Below, piece by piece: positions 40,201-53,060 of a DNA stretch of 64,000 nucleotides (positions are counted from its first letter, which is position 1; every line of letters starts with the position of its first letter). The stretch comes from Chiloscyllium plagiosum (taxonomy: Eukaryota). A program made the translations under genes and the position numbers. The notes below the pieces were generated by a model. It did not search any database. It was given only the letters and a program-made list of their open reading frames with translations, and was not told where the DNA came from. The stretch is from the NCBI RefSeq assembly GCF_004010195.1, contig NC_057749.1, positions 18,268,488 through 18,332,487 on the forward strand, written 5' to 3'.

Positions 40201-41280
40201 TGGATTTTCCCTGCCCTGTGTTGAATGTCTGCAATTTTGCACTCTCATTCAACATTCCCCTAATTTCCGACTGTGTTCTGGGACTCCCTGGTCCGGCCTG
40301 GCAGTTTGGACTCAGTCCCACAGCCTCACAGATCCTGAAAGGGGGAGAGTTGTCATTGCCGTCTTGATGAAAAGATCAAGAGCCTCTGTTTCACCTCCAG
40401 ACCCCATCCATCCATCTTCCCAGTGGCTGCATTTTGTTTCTCATTTGGATTTGCAGCTTTAGGATTAAATCCATATTTTCAGAATACCCCTCTGGGTTTT
40501 TTTTTTGAGCTCCACTTTGGGTTTCTGTACTCTGCTCCCTGCTATCCTCACTCTGCTCTGTTTCCTTCAATCTCCTCCCTGTTTTGTGATTCAGCTTTTG
40601 GTTTCTGCAGCCCTGCTCTGGGTTTCCAATCTCCACTCTTGATTTTCTGATTCTACTTTGTGTTTCATGCTGCTTTGGCCAAGATTTCCTGTCACTGCCT
40701 CGGATTTCTGACTCTAATCTGTATTTTGGTTACTCTGCTCGAGGTGACTGAGAGCCAGATCCTTGCCCTCTGCTGCTCAGGCACAGTTTCCAGTTTCCCA
40801 TCTGCACCTCGCTGGGTTTTCTGACTCCACTCCGAATTGCTTGATTCTGCTCTGGATTTTACCCACTTTGGTCTGAATTTCCTGGATTCCCCCCTGGGTT
40901 TACTGACTTTCTTTTGCCCTCTCTGACTCTGCACTGGAATCCATTTCCAGATTTTGTGCTTTCATTCTGGGTTTTCATTACTCTGCTCCAGGTTTTCCAG
41001 ACTCCATAGTGTATTTTCAAACTCTGGTTCGGGGTTTTGTAACATCTCTGTGAGTTTTGTGACAGTGCTGCACCTTTTCAGATTCTGTTTCTGATTTTCA
41101 GACTCTGCTCCAGGTTTCTGTACTCCACTCCCGATTTTCAGATAGCACACCAGGCTTTTGATTCCCTTTAGGTTTACCGAGTCCAATCCAGGTTTACATA
41201 TTCCAATCCGGAATTGTAGATTCCATTCCAGGTTTCCAGGCTCTGCTCTGGTTTACCTGACCTGGCTCCTGTTTTAAATA

Positions 41281-41408
41281 GGAGGAGAAAGTGAGGTCTG
41301 CAGATGCTGGAGATCAGAGCTGAAAATGTGTTGCTGGAAAAGCGCAGCAGGTCAGGCAGCATCCAAGGAACAGGAGAATCGACGTTTTGGGCATAAGGCC
41401 TTCTTCAT
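41281..41408 (-). mobile_element. 128-bp family A mini-PLE
   Basis: 14-bp TSD TCCTGTTTTAAATA (41267-41280 and 41409-41422); hammerhead partly mutated. Confidence 0.85.
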
Positions 41409-41979
41409 TCCTGTTTTAAATACTCCGCTCCATGGCTTTATGGTGCAGCTCTGTGGTTTCAATAACCACATTCTGATTATGAAACCCAACTCCAGGTTTT
41501 GTGACTTCAATTGTCGTTTTTCTTCTCTGTTCCATGTTTTCATAGTTTGCCGTAGGTTTTCAGATTCAATCCGCATTTCCAGATTCCACGTTATTTGTAA
41601 AGACTTAGTTCTGGGTTTAAGACTCTGCTTCAGGTTTCAGATTCACATGGATTTTTAAACTCTCTTCCTCTCTGGATTTCCAGAGTTTGAACACTGATCT
41701 GTTTTTCATTTCGTAATTCCGCATCAGGATTTCAGACTTGCCCTAGATTTCCAGATACACCTTTCCAAATATCCACACTCCAATCTGGGTTTAAGACTCG
41801 GCTCTGGGATTCGCCAACCCACTCCAGATTTTTTAGTCTCCACTCCAGGTTTCCGGGCTCAGTTCTGGAATTTTAGGTTTGGATGCAGTTTTCCAGAATC
41901 CAATCACAGTTTCCTGGTTCTCATGTGGGTTTTCAGTCTCCATCCTGGTTTTGTCACATTCCAGTTTGTGTTTCTAGAC

Positions 41980-42202
41980 ACAAAAACAGAAATTAATGGA
42001 AAAACTCAGCAGGTCTGGCAGCATCTATGGAGAGAAAGCAGAGTTAATATTTTGGGTCCAGTCTGAAGAAGGGTGACTGGAACTGAAACTTTAACTGCTT
42101 TCTCTCCATGGATGCTGCCAGACCGGCTGAGTTTTTCCAGCAATTTCTGGTTTTGTTTCTGATTTCTAGAGTCTGCAATTCTTTTGTATTTTTTTTGTTC
42201 AC
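41980..42202. mobile_element. Family B mini-PLE hairpin
   Basis: 11-bp TSD TGTTTCTAGAC; inverted CTCAGCAGGTCTGGCAGCATC / GATGCTGCCAGACCGGCTGAG; degenerate CTGAAGA...GAAAC. Confidence 0.75.
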
Positions 42203-43184
42203 TGTTTCTAGACTCTCCTTCATGTTTAAAACTCAACTCTGCCCGTAAAATTCCACCCTGGGGTTTTGGTTTTGCTCTAAATTTCCAGATTCTGTCTGGG
42301 TTTCCTGATTCTGTTCCAAGTTTCCTGGCGCCAATTGGAATTTCCTGACTCCAAACTGCGTTTTCAGACCCCACCCCATGTTTTCTGATCTCGTCCTTTT
42401 TTTCTACACTCAACCAGTTTTTCAGGTTCACCATGGATTTTCAGACCACTCTGGATTCTCTGATTCCATTCCAGGTTTTTCTGACTTCACTCTGGATTCC
42501 AAACTGGGTTTTCAAACTGTGATTTGGATGATCGGATTCCGATCTAGGTTTTCAGACTCCGCTCTGTGGCTTAAGACTTTATTCTGTGTTTTTGGACTCT
42601 GCTCTGTGTTTTGTGACTCCGCTTTGTGTTTTCAGACTCTACTCCGGGTTTTGTTACCTCCGTCTGTGTTTCCAATCTTCAATTCAGGTTCACTGCCTCA
42701 GCCTCTGGGTTTTCAGATTCTACTCTGAGTTCTATGACCCTACTCTGTACCTCAATACTCTGCTCTGTGTTTCCACATTCCCCTCCAGGATTTGTCACTC
42801 TGCTTCACGTTTCGGTAGATCGCCTTGGGCTTTGTCAGTCAACTCTGTATTTCTGAAGTTCAGGGTTTTGTGATTCCCCTCTCAGTCTCCAGAACCTACC
42901 TTACATTTTTTGATTCCACTCTGGGATTTGTCACTCAGATTTATCATTCACCGTGCCTCCAATTCTGAGGAAGGGTCGCTTGATCTGAAACACTAACTCT
43001 GATTCCTCGCCACAGATGCTGCCAGACCTGTACAGCTTTTCCAGCAATTTCTATTTTTGTTAATCATTTGGCTTCGTGTTTGCATAGACCACTCTGGCTC
43101 CAGGATGATGGAATTGAGAAACATTACAGCCATGCTCAAATAGACTCGATGGGCCGAAAGGCCTATTTCTACTTCTATGTCTTA

Positions 43185-43576
43185 AGCAGATGATACATCT
43201 TGCAGATCAATGGTGTCATGGATGGTGTCGAAGGTTGTCAAAGTACGCAGTGGGATATTGATCAGTTGCACATATGGGCGGAGAAATGGCAGCTGGAGTT
43301 TAATCTGAGTAAGTGTGAGGTGCTGCACTTTGGGAGATCAAATGTTAAGGAAAAGTTTACGGCTAATGGCAGGACCCTGAACAGCATCGATGTACAGGGA
43401 GATCTTGGGGTTCATGTCCATAACTCTCTGAAAGTGGCCGCTGAAGTAGATAGGGAGGTAAAGAAAGGATATGGCATGTTTGCCTTTATTCGGAGAATTG
43501 AGTACAAGGGTCAGGATGTCGTATTGCAGCTTTATAAGATTTTGTTCAGGGCATACTGAGAGTATTGTGTTCAATT
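43185..43576 (+). mobile_element. CR1 RT fragment
   Basis: DIDQLHIWAEKWQLEFNLSKCEVLHFGRSN. Confidence 0.88.
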
Positions 43577-44303
43577 CGTGTCCTCACGCTCCGGTCCGGA
43601 TTCTCGCAGTCCGGTCCGTGTCCTCACACTCCGGTCCGGAATCTCGCAGTCCGGTCCGTGTCCTCACACTCCGGTCCGGGACCTGTCAGTCCGATCCGTG
43701 TCCTCACGCTCCGGTCCGGAATCTCTCAGTCCGCTCCGTGTCCTCACACTCCGGTCCGGGACCTGTCAGTCCGCACCGTGTCCTCACACTCCGGTCCGGG
43801 ACCTGTCAGTCCAATCCGTGTCCTCACGCTCCGGTCCGGGATCTGTCAGTCCGCTCCGTGTCCTCACACTCCGGTCCGGGATCTGTCAGTCCGATCCGTG
43901 TCCTCACGCTCCGGTCCGGGACCTGTCAGTCCGATCCGTGTCCTCACGCTCCGGGCCGGGATCTCTCAGTCCGCTCCGTGTCCTCACACTCCGGTCCGGA
44001 ATCTCTCAGTCCGCTACGTGTCCTCACACTCTGATCCGGGATCTGTCAGTCCGCTCCGTGTCCTCACACTCCGGTCCGGGATCTGTCAGTCCGCTCCGTG
44101 TCCTCACGCACCGGTCCGGGACCTGTCAGTCCACTCCGTGTCCTCATACTCCGGTCCGGGACCTGTCAGTCCGCTCCATGTCCTCATACTCCGGTCCGGG
44201 ACCTGTCAGTCCGCTCCGTGTCCTCATACTCCGGTCCGGGATCTCTCAGTCCGCACCGTGTCCTCACACTCCGGTCCGGGACCTGTCTGTCCGCTCCGTG
44301 TCC
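43577..44303. repeat. GC-rich 40-bp minisatellite (TCCTCACACTCCGGTCCGGGACCTGTCAGTCCGCTCCGTG)n, about 18 copies, runs into a gap
   Basis: Direct tandem repetition with variant units. Confidence 0.97.
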
Positions 44304-45039
44304 NNNNNNNNNNNNNNNNNNNNNNNNNNNNNNNNNNNNNNNNNNNNNNNNNNNNNNNNNNNNNNNNNNNNNNNNNNNNNNNNNNNNNNNNNNNNNNNNN
44401 NNNNNNNNNNNNNNNNNNNNNNNNNNNNNNNNNNNNNNNNNNNNNNNNNNNNNNNNNNNNNNNNNNNNNNNNNNNNNNNNNNNNNNNNNNNNNNNNNNNN
44501 NNNNNNNNNNNNNNNNNNNNNNNNNNNNNNNNNNNNNNNNNNNNNNNNNNNNNNNNNNNNNNNNNNNNNNNNNNNNNNNNNNNNNNNNNNNNNNNNNNNN
44601 NNNNNNNNNNNNNNNNNNNNNNNNNNNNNNNNNNNNNNNNNNNNNNNNNNNNNNNNNNNNNNNNNNNNNNNNNNNNNNNNNNNNNNNNNNNNNNNNNNNN
44701 NNNNNNNNNNNNNNNNNNNNNNNNNNNNNNNNNNNNNNNNNNNNNNNNNNNNNNNNNNNNNNNNNNNNNNNNNNNNNNNNNNNNNNNNNNNNNNNNNNNN
44801 NNNGCGATGTCCTCGTATGTCAGATGTGTGAACTGTCTTGGCTGATTGCCATGATATCTGCAGTGGGCAAACTGTCGAGCAGGTTTGCCGGTGAGTGTTG
44901 TTCATTGTGAGATGATTTTAAAGACAGCAATGCAATCATGTCCAGATGACACAGGGACTAATCAGCAAGTGTCCAGTAATCTCAGACACATATTCAACCC
45001 CCCCGCCCCCAGCTTCCGTTGTCTGACTTCAGCAGGACT

Positions 45040-45872
45040 CAGGGTACTCTGTTCCATTCATCCTTCACTCCCAATACCCATCCACAGCCCCGTGGCACAT
45101 TCCCTTGCCACTGCTGAAGGTGTGACACCTGCTCCTTTATCTCCTCCCTCCTCAATATCCAAGGGCCCAAACATACCTTCCAGGTGAAGCAGCACTTTAA
45201 CTGCACTTCACACAATCTAGTCTACTGCAGTGGGTGCTCGCAATGTGGTCTTTTCTACATTGGTGAAATGTAGCGTAGACTGGGTAACAGCTTTGCAGAA
45301 CATCTACGTTCTGTCCGCAAAAAATACCCCGAGCTTCCAGTAGCCTACGCTTGAACACACCACCCTGTTCCCTGGCCAACATCTGTCTCTCTCTTGCTGC
45401 AGTGTTCCAGTGAAGCTCAGCTCAAGCTGGAAGAATGCCACCTAATTTTCCAATTGGGGACCCTGCAGCCCTCAGGACTCAATATTGAGTTCAATAATTT
45501 TAGGGTCTGAACTCCCCCATGTCCGAGCTCCCTAACCTATACACCAGGCCTTGTTATCACACAGTCTGCTATTATAGTCTCCCATTGTTAGCCGCTAACA
45601 GTCTCCATTAGCAGCGATTCACCCTCCCAGCCAGATCGTTATCAACTCCTTTGTCCGTCCAACAGTTCTCTCTCTCCCTTTGGGGTCTATCCATACCTAT
45701 CGATTACTCCTTACCCACTCCCCCCATGTATCTTCTGCATATAAACCGACATTTTCTTAGCTACCATCAGTTCTGAGAAAGGATGACTGGATCTGAAATA
45801 TTAACTCTGATTTCTCTTCACAGATGCTGCCAGACTGGCTGAGCTTTTCTGGCAGCTTCTGTTTTTGTTTCC
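45040..45872 (+). mobile_element. PLE 3' part: GIY-YIG endonuclease relic plus family B terminus
   Basis: GTFPCHC*RCDTC...HNLVYC..CSQCGLFYIGEM*RRLGNSFAEH; ends with AGTTCTGAGAAAGG..CTGAAATATTAACT..CACAGATGCTGCCAGAC. Confidence 0.88.
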
Positions 45873-48169
45873 AGTAGTCTGACTGGATGTATACATGTAC
45901 AGATACTCGATAAGGGCAGGTGTATTCATTGCAGACTTTGTATGCAAACTCTTGTCAATATGTTCAAGCAGTGGTGGTCCTCCTTCGGAACACTTAAGAG
46001 TCAGAGTCTTGCAGTGGTCACTCAGTGTACAGTGTAAGATATTCTGTCAAACTTAGATTCAGCTTTAACTTCAGATTCTCTGAGTCTTGTTTCCTCAGTG
46101 TGTGAATAGCTGGAGTGAGATCAGCTTGTCCGATAGGTTGTTTCAAATTCAGAAAGAATAGACTGTTACCGTGTTTAGTGAAAATAAAAGTGAATGAAGA
46201 TGGTCTCTTAAATGGCAAGTATTGTACTGTAACCTGCCTTGGTGTAGGATGCCTATTAGAAAATCTTTGATTAGAGAAATATACTAGATTAGATGTCAGC
46301 TTCCTGAAGCTTGGGGGGGGGGGAACTGTTTGGCACAACAGATGCATTTGCATGTTTGGAGGCTTTAACATTGGAAGAAGATTCTTTTTACTCATTCATG
46401 GGATGTGGATATCACTGGCTGGGCCAGCTTTTATTGTCTATCCCTGGTTGCCCTTGAGAAGGTGGTGGTGGTGAGCTGCCTTTGTGAGCCGCTGAAGTCC
46501 ATATGGTGTGGGGCGACCCACAATGCCGTTAGGGAGAGGATTCCAGGATTTTGACCCAGCAACTATGAAGGAATAGCAATATCTTTGCAAGTCAGGAAGG
46601 TGAGTAACTTGGAGGGGAACTTGCAGTGATGGTACTTCCTCATATCTGCTGCCATTGTCCTTCTAAATGGAAGCAGTTGTAGGTTTGAAACACAATGTCT
46701 AAGGTGAATTTCTTATTAATGAATATTGAGGAATAGAATACAAACAAACCAAGAGCAGAGTTATCAAAGGTTGCTTGGATTTAAGCTATGTGTAGAAGTT
46801 GTCTTTATAGGATTGGAAGTATTTTTAATACCTTATGGAAGGGATTGCAACAGATTGGTATTTACTGATTTACGCCATTGTACCTTAAGTTTAAGGCACT
46901 TAGGATTCTGTGGTTTTATGTTGTCTAATGTATTGCAGAATCATTGGGAAATGAATGGGTGTGTTTAGACAGTGAACGCAGGAGATTGTAAATACGGAGA
47001 ACTGAGAGACTGAGTGATTTGACATAGATGAAACCCATCAACTATGGGCTAGAACAATTTGGGAAGAAAATAGGTTGCCTTGAGCACAGATTTGATGACA
47101 GACCATCTTACAATTATTATCAAGTAAAGGGTTTGAAAATGTCCGGCCACGTAAAGGAAATCACAGATGTATCTTATGCCAGCTCCAGAGTAACACTGCA
47201 AGTTAACCACACAACCCTCATGCTCAAAACAATACAACTGATCATTTTGCATGCTCTCACTTGTGAAACTGCACATGTAATGCCAAACGGGGGATATTTG
47301 AGGGTAAAATGGGGCCCCCTTCAAGACAATCCGAGGAGAAAGCTTGGTCTTGCTGCAGGAGAGACAGAAGGAGCAAGTTCAGAGTCATGCTTCTTGCCTG
47401 TGATGGATCAGCCAACATGGAGCTCAACTGGAAGCAGAAAACCTAAAAGATAGATCAGGAACAAAATGTGGTGTTGATAACATTGGGTAATTGAAGAAGG
47501 TTTGAAATTAGTGGAAAAAAGGATTGAAAATATCATTGTTTTGTTTGGAAGAACTAGTAACTGAACTGGACGAGAGAAAAGTGAAAAAAGGGATTGACAG
47601 GAGTTTCAAGAAATATTGGTAAGGAGCCAGAAGAATGAGAAGAATTCTGAATATGCTGTGGAATTGCAACAGCTCAAATTAACATAAAAGGGTGTCCCGA
47701 TAAGGTGTGAAATAAAGAACTGTCTTTCAAAGTGGCTACAAGATTGAAGGAGGAAACAGTGGCCACATCTGAAGGTTGATGGATGAGAGAGTACCTGGGA
47801 TGGAGACTGGCAAAAGTTTAAGATACAGCACAAAGCATATTAATGAGAATCGAGTTGGATGAATGTTTACAGGTTCTTCGCTGTTAGCAGATTTTGAACT
47901 GAATTTCACTTAATTGGTTTTGTGCACTTTATTGCTCTGATCCAAAGTGCTGACTTGTTAAGTTGGCAACAGCTTGTGATTTTAGGTAAATCATATTGAA
48001 CTGTGACATATTTTGTTTCTATTTAATATCAAAGTGCCACTCTCCCTAGCCTTCATAGCCATCAATAAGTGAATAATTTAAATGACTTGCCCTCTTTCCT
48101 ACCTGAAAATAGATTTGTCTGTTGCCATGTTAAGTTTCCTGAATGGGGGAAATAAGCCAGTGTCACCTA

Positions 48170-48592
48170 GACGTATCACTCCCTGGTATGCCAACTGTAC
48201 CATTCAAGATCGGAGACAGTTACAGAGAGTGGTGAACTTGGCCTGGACAATCTCAAAGGCCAACCTCCCATCTATAGAATCCATCTAGCAGACCCATTGT
48301 CAAGGAAAGGCTGCCAACATTCTTAAAGATCCATCCCACCCTGGCAATGCTTTTCTACAACCTGTAACATCGGGGAGAAGGTACAGAAGCCTGAACACAC
48401 ACCAGGGGGGTTTTGAAACAGTTTCTACCCTACTGTTGTTAGAATACTGAATGGACTCTCAAACGCTTACCATTCGCCTGCACGTGTGTTTTTTTGGCCA
48501 CTGTTTACCTATTATTTACTATCTGTGCTGTTTAACTCTGCTCATAAGACGAAGCTTTTCACTGTGACAATAAATTCAATTCAATTCAATCT
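48170..48592 (+). mobile_element. Rex1/Babar-like LINE 3' end
   Basis: ITPWYANCTIQDRRQLQRVV...ILKDPSHPG..SGRRYRS; (TTCAA)n tail. Confidence 0.8.
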
Positions 48593-51524
48593 CCTGTCTG
48601 CGATCTCTCCTGTATGTTTGGGGCAGTGGGAGGGAGGAGTGAGAATTGTTTTGAATACACACTCAAGTACCGGTTGAAAATTCAGAATTTTGTTGTTTTG
48701 GTCAGTTCGGTAGGAGTTCAATCCATGCAACAGTTGTGTGTGTCAGGAGTTCCATTTAGGGCATTCATTCTGGGGCATTGCCTGAATGTGAGATCTGTGA
48801 CTGTCCTCGGTAGAAGCAAGCAGAAGTGTCTCCTCATTGGGCAGTGATAATTTCAACAATGTTATCTTAACACTTTGTGCTGGTTTTGGAGTAGTACTTC
48901 AAGTAAATGATTCACTAATGGTGTTTCCCTTATTAAATATATTGCTTAGACCAAGCCTTTAGACCTCTGACCTCATGTCGTTGCAAATTTGAACTTTATT
49001 TGCTAAAGCCTGTTATGGTGCTTCATAGGAGTGTTATCATATTAAAGGCACTATACAAATGGAAGTTGATTATTTATATTTTTCTATGGTCTATTTTCCA
49101 ACTGTTTGATCGCTTTGGGATGTATGGGCCTGGGGGAATGTGAGGGCCATGTACCTGCCTCTAGGAAAATCCCAGGTGACTGGGCTGTTATTGGGAACTG
49201 CACATGGAATATGTGATACTGAGGAGGTGTGTGGTTTGTTTAAATACTCATTCTGTTGAGCATCAGCTGATCTATGTATTTTGTCTAGGTTCTGTCTGGG
49301 GGCTTGAACTTTGGATGGTGGTGCAGATACAGCTGAATGCAGCACCAGTATCCTCTGAACCATTCAGAAATACATTATGCAAAAATAAAGCATTTTTCTA
49401 ACTAGGATGTCTCAATGTGTTTACTTTGTAGGAAATATGACAAAATTTGCGTACAGTATATCAAACAGCAATTATGTAAATCTCTGGAAAGCCTTTGTGT
49501 AAAGTGTTGAAGGACAGATGTGGGCCAGTACACATGGGATTGCTCCTGTGACAGATTGATGACATTACCTGCATGATCTAATTGTATGATGTTTTAGTAA
49601 CATGTCGACGTTGGGAGGATTGCATTCTATGGTGACTATGTCAGAGTGCTAGAAATGGGCAGTGCTGGAAGCTTCTGTGACCATCCATCTGCTGTCCCTT
49701 TGGCTGGCCAGTAACTGCAGCTCTCCATATGCAATGGGAGCAATGGTTGAGAAACAAACAGCAAGTCGTCTTCTTCCATCCCCATGCAACCCACATTACA
49801 TCCCTACAAAGTCCAAGAAAAAGCGCGTTGCAGTGTTGTTGACAGCACTCCCTAATGTCTAGAGATGCTGTCTATAGCAGATTTATTATTCATGTCAATG
49901 TAAACTCTGACCCAGATCTAAATGGTTCCCCTTTTCCAGGCTCTGCCCTTAATTTACTTGAATAATGTTCAGGTTTTTGTCTTGCCAGTAGATGTAAACA
50001 GAGGAATAGTGCAGCTGGTTATTGAGTGCAGCTGTTCAAGGATTAATGTGTAAAACAAAAGATCCACCTCAGGTAGCAACTCTCCATAAGCAAGGAGAGC
50101 TCTTTAACCTGTCGACCTTCAGGCTGTGCTGTGCTTTTTCTTCGCAGACTGACTAGGAAAAGAAATTTGTTGTTTCCAAATAGTGCATGGATGACTGTGC
50201 TGAATCTCTGTCGAGGGGATTTCTTTGTGTTTGCCAAACACTGCCTTCACTCAGGCAGAAGGTGCTGTCAGCTCCTGTGTGATTTGATCCATCTGTTGCT
50301 CGGTGTTTTGAAGCTGCCTGTAGAAAGGGGAGAGGATTTTGAGTGCTTTCTGAACGCCATCAGGTCAGCATATTAGAGATGCAGAGATTCCATGGAAATG
50401 GAGCACTTTCTGTTCTGAGTATATTGATTGTAAATGCTTAACCTGCTGACTGGTAAGAGGTGGTGCAACTATGGAGGAAAAACAATAGTCTGTTATTTAG
50501 GTTTCCAACTGACAGTCTGCAGTGCATTATTGGGAATTCCAGGGATTGGATTTCTGTTAGTAATTTGATTCTGAAGTTTGAGTCTCGTTTGACTCCACAT
50601 TCTATCACTTTCTTGGTTACATCCTGAACAATATGGTTTCTATACTGATTTTCCTTTGGATGTGTGATGGAGGCAGATTGCATTGTGGTATTTAAGGCAT
50701 TACATGGTTCTTATTTAACCAATGTGCAGGATTAGAGAGGAAATGCAGGAAATTGGCACTGAATCAAAATGGTCAGGTGAGTACTGACAAGGTGGGCTTG
50801 AGGAGTTTTCAGCGCTTTCTAACGATCCTGTGGAATTTCTTGTTGGACTTTCTCCTGGGCTCTGCTTGCTTTAATTTTTGATTTGCTTGTGGGATGTGAG
50901 TGCCACTGGTGGGCCAGTAGATGGTGAGTGGTCATCTTGAATCACTGCAGTCCTTTTGGTTCAGGCATACCCACAATGATGTTGGGGAAGGAGTCCCAGA
51001 ATCTTGACCTAGTGACGCTGATGGACTGGTAATACAGTTGCTGGGAGGGAATTGTTTGGGGATGGGGGTGACAGCGTCAATACTTATGACATTTCCTATT
51101 TTTGACACATAGAATGCTTTGAGATTCAGGGTGTCCAACCTTACCAAACAGTCCATGTTGAGCAGGCATTTGCTGTTCACAAACCCTATTTTCGTGTCAT
51201 CGTATGCCAATGTATATTCTAATATTAAATACAACTACATTTCAACTGGGTATAAAAGATCCTTTGGTGCATTAACAATGGCATTAGAACTGAGCGGTCG
51301 TGCTGAACAGGCTGGAGGGAAAAGGTGGGAAGAGGAGTGACCTGAGAGTTTTTCACACTGTCAAACACTTAGAGGCTGCGTCCATTTGTGACAGAGGCTA
51401 AAACTGAACATAAAGGCTTTCCATCTTATCCACTGATTAATCCAATTGGGAATTCAGGAGAAGCCACTTTTCCCAAAGCTTGGGAATAGTTGAATCGTGT
51501 TGATAAATTCAGCAGAAAGCTAAC

Positions 51525-51998
51525 TATTCCCATTGTTAGTCACCAACAATCCCCATTAATAGCTACTCACCCTCCAAGCCAGATCGTTATCCAGTCATAG
51601 AGTCATAGAGATGTACAGCATGAAAACAGACCCTTCAGTCCAACCCGTCCATGCCGACCAGATATCCCAACCCAATCTAGTCTCACCTGCCAGCACCCCA
51701 GCCCATATCCCTCCAAACCCTTCCTATTCATATACCCATCCAAATGCCTCTTAAATTGTCTGTCCAACTGTTCTCTCTCTTTTGGACTCTATCCCCACAT
51801 AGTGTTTACTCTTTCTCTCATCCCCCATCTTCTGCGATACAATATTTTCCTACCTACCATCAGTTCTGAGGAAGGTCACCAAACCTTAAATGTTAACTCT
51901 GATTTCTCTTCACAGATACTGCCAGACCCCCTGAGTTTTTCTAGCAACTTCTGTTTTTATTTCTGATTTACAGCAACCGCAGTTCTTTCAGTTTTTAA
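51525..51998 (+). mobile_element. Family B PLE terminal fragment interrupted by a minus-strand CR1 tail (about 51596-51756)
   Basis: Homologous to 45580-45872. Confidence 0.75.
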
Positions 51999-52532
51999 TC
52001 GGGTGTCAATTTCATTTTTGCTTATCTCCCCGAAAGGAGTCACGTAGCAGAGAATAGAATGATAGCTTGTGATTGTCAAGAGGATCCTTGTTACGGTCTT
52101 TGCTGTAAAGAGGTATTTTGTTGACTATTTTTAACTGTGGGCAATGTTTTGTTCTGTTATTTAACTAGCAAATCCAGTTTGAACTGAGCCTTGAAGAAAA
52201 GACTGATATTACAACTATTTATCTCAGTTTCTTCTTGGCTTCTCTATTTAAACCATTTATACTCCCCCCTGGTTTCCCCCACCCCTTAGTCCAATACCTC
52301 CGTTTCTTTAAAGAGGGATGATAACTGCTATTCCATGAGCTGGGATGTGTACAGAATATTTTTCTGAATTGACTATTTTCACTTCTCTCTGGGGAAGACC
52401 TGGCTTCTCTGGAAAATTTAAGGGTGAAGTTTTGAACTTGGGCAAAGTCCACCTTATTGTCATTCTGAATTAGAGCAGTTTCTAATTTGCTGTCTTCTAA
52501 AATGCAGTGGCAGGTTATTTATTGGAATTCTG

Positions 52533-53060
52533 GATCAGTGGTGCTGGAAGAGCACAGCAATTCAGGCAGCATCCGAGGACAGGCAAAATCGACGTCTCGG
52601 GCAAAAGCCCTTCATCAGGAATAAAGGCAGAGAGCCTGAAGCGTGGAGAGATAAGCTAGAGGAGGGTGGGGGTGGGGAGAGAGTGGCATAGAGTACAATA
52701 GNNNNNNNNNNNNNNNNNNNNNNNNNNNNNNNNNNNNNNNNNNNNNNNNNNNNNNNNNNNNNNNNNNNNNNNNNNNNNNNNNNNNNNNNNNNNNNNNNNN
52801 NNNNNNNNNNNNNNNNNNNNNNNNNNNNNNNNNNNNNNNNNNNNNNNNNNNNNNNNNNNNNNNNNNNNNNNNNNNNNNNNNNNNNNNNNNNNNNNNNNNN
52901 NNNNNNNNNNNNNNNNNNNNNNNNGCTCCTTTGGGGCCTTGGATAGAGGTAAGGGAGGAGGTGTGGGCACAGGTTTTACAGTTCCTGCAGTGGCAGGGGA
53001 AAGTGCCAGGATGGGAGGGTGGGTCGTAGGGGGGCGTGGACCTGACCAGGTAGTCACGGA
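52533..53060 (-). mobile_element. PLE 3' part (gapped): coding remnant linked to a family A terminus
   Basis: RDYLVRS..HPGTFPCHCRNCKTCAHTSSLTSIQGPKG; minus strand ATTCCTGATGAAGGGCTTTTGCCCGAGACGTCG. Confidence 0.85.

Larger units (their letters stand above)
40400..42950. repeat. Highly degenerate tandem repeat, unit about 19-20 bp, roughly CTCTGCTCCAGGTTTTCAGA
   Basis: Recurring variants of CTCCAGGTTT(T/C)CAGACT(C); strong T/C skew. Confidence 0.6.

Noticed and set aside
43471..44910. Long ORFs (187-426 aa) and a CRISPR-like appearance
   Set aside because: These are read-through of the 40-bp minisatellite and the N-gap. There are no unique spacers and no cas genes, and the context is eukaryotic.
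47028..47453. 141-aa ORF as a host or viral gene
   Set aside because: I recognise no motif or exon structure; the region may be an old repeat.
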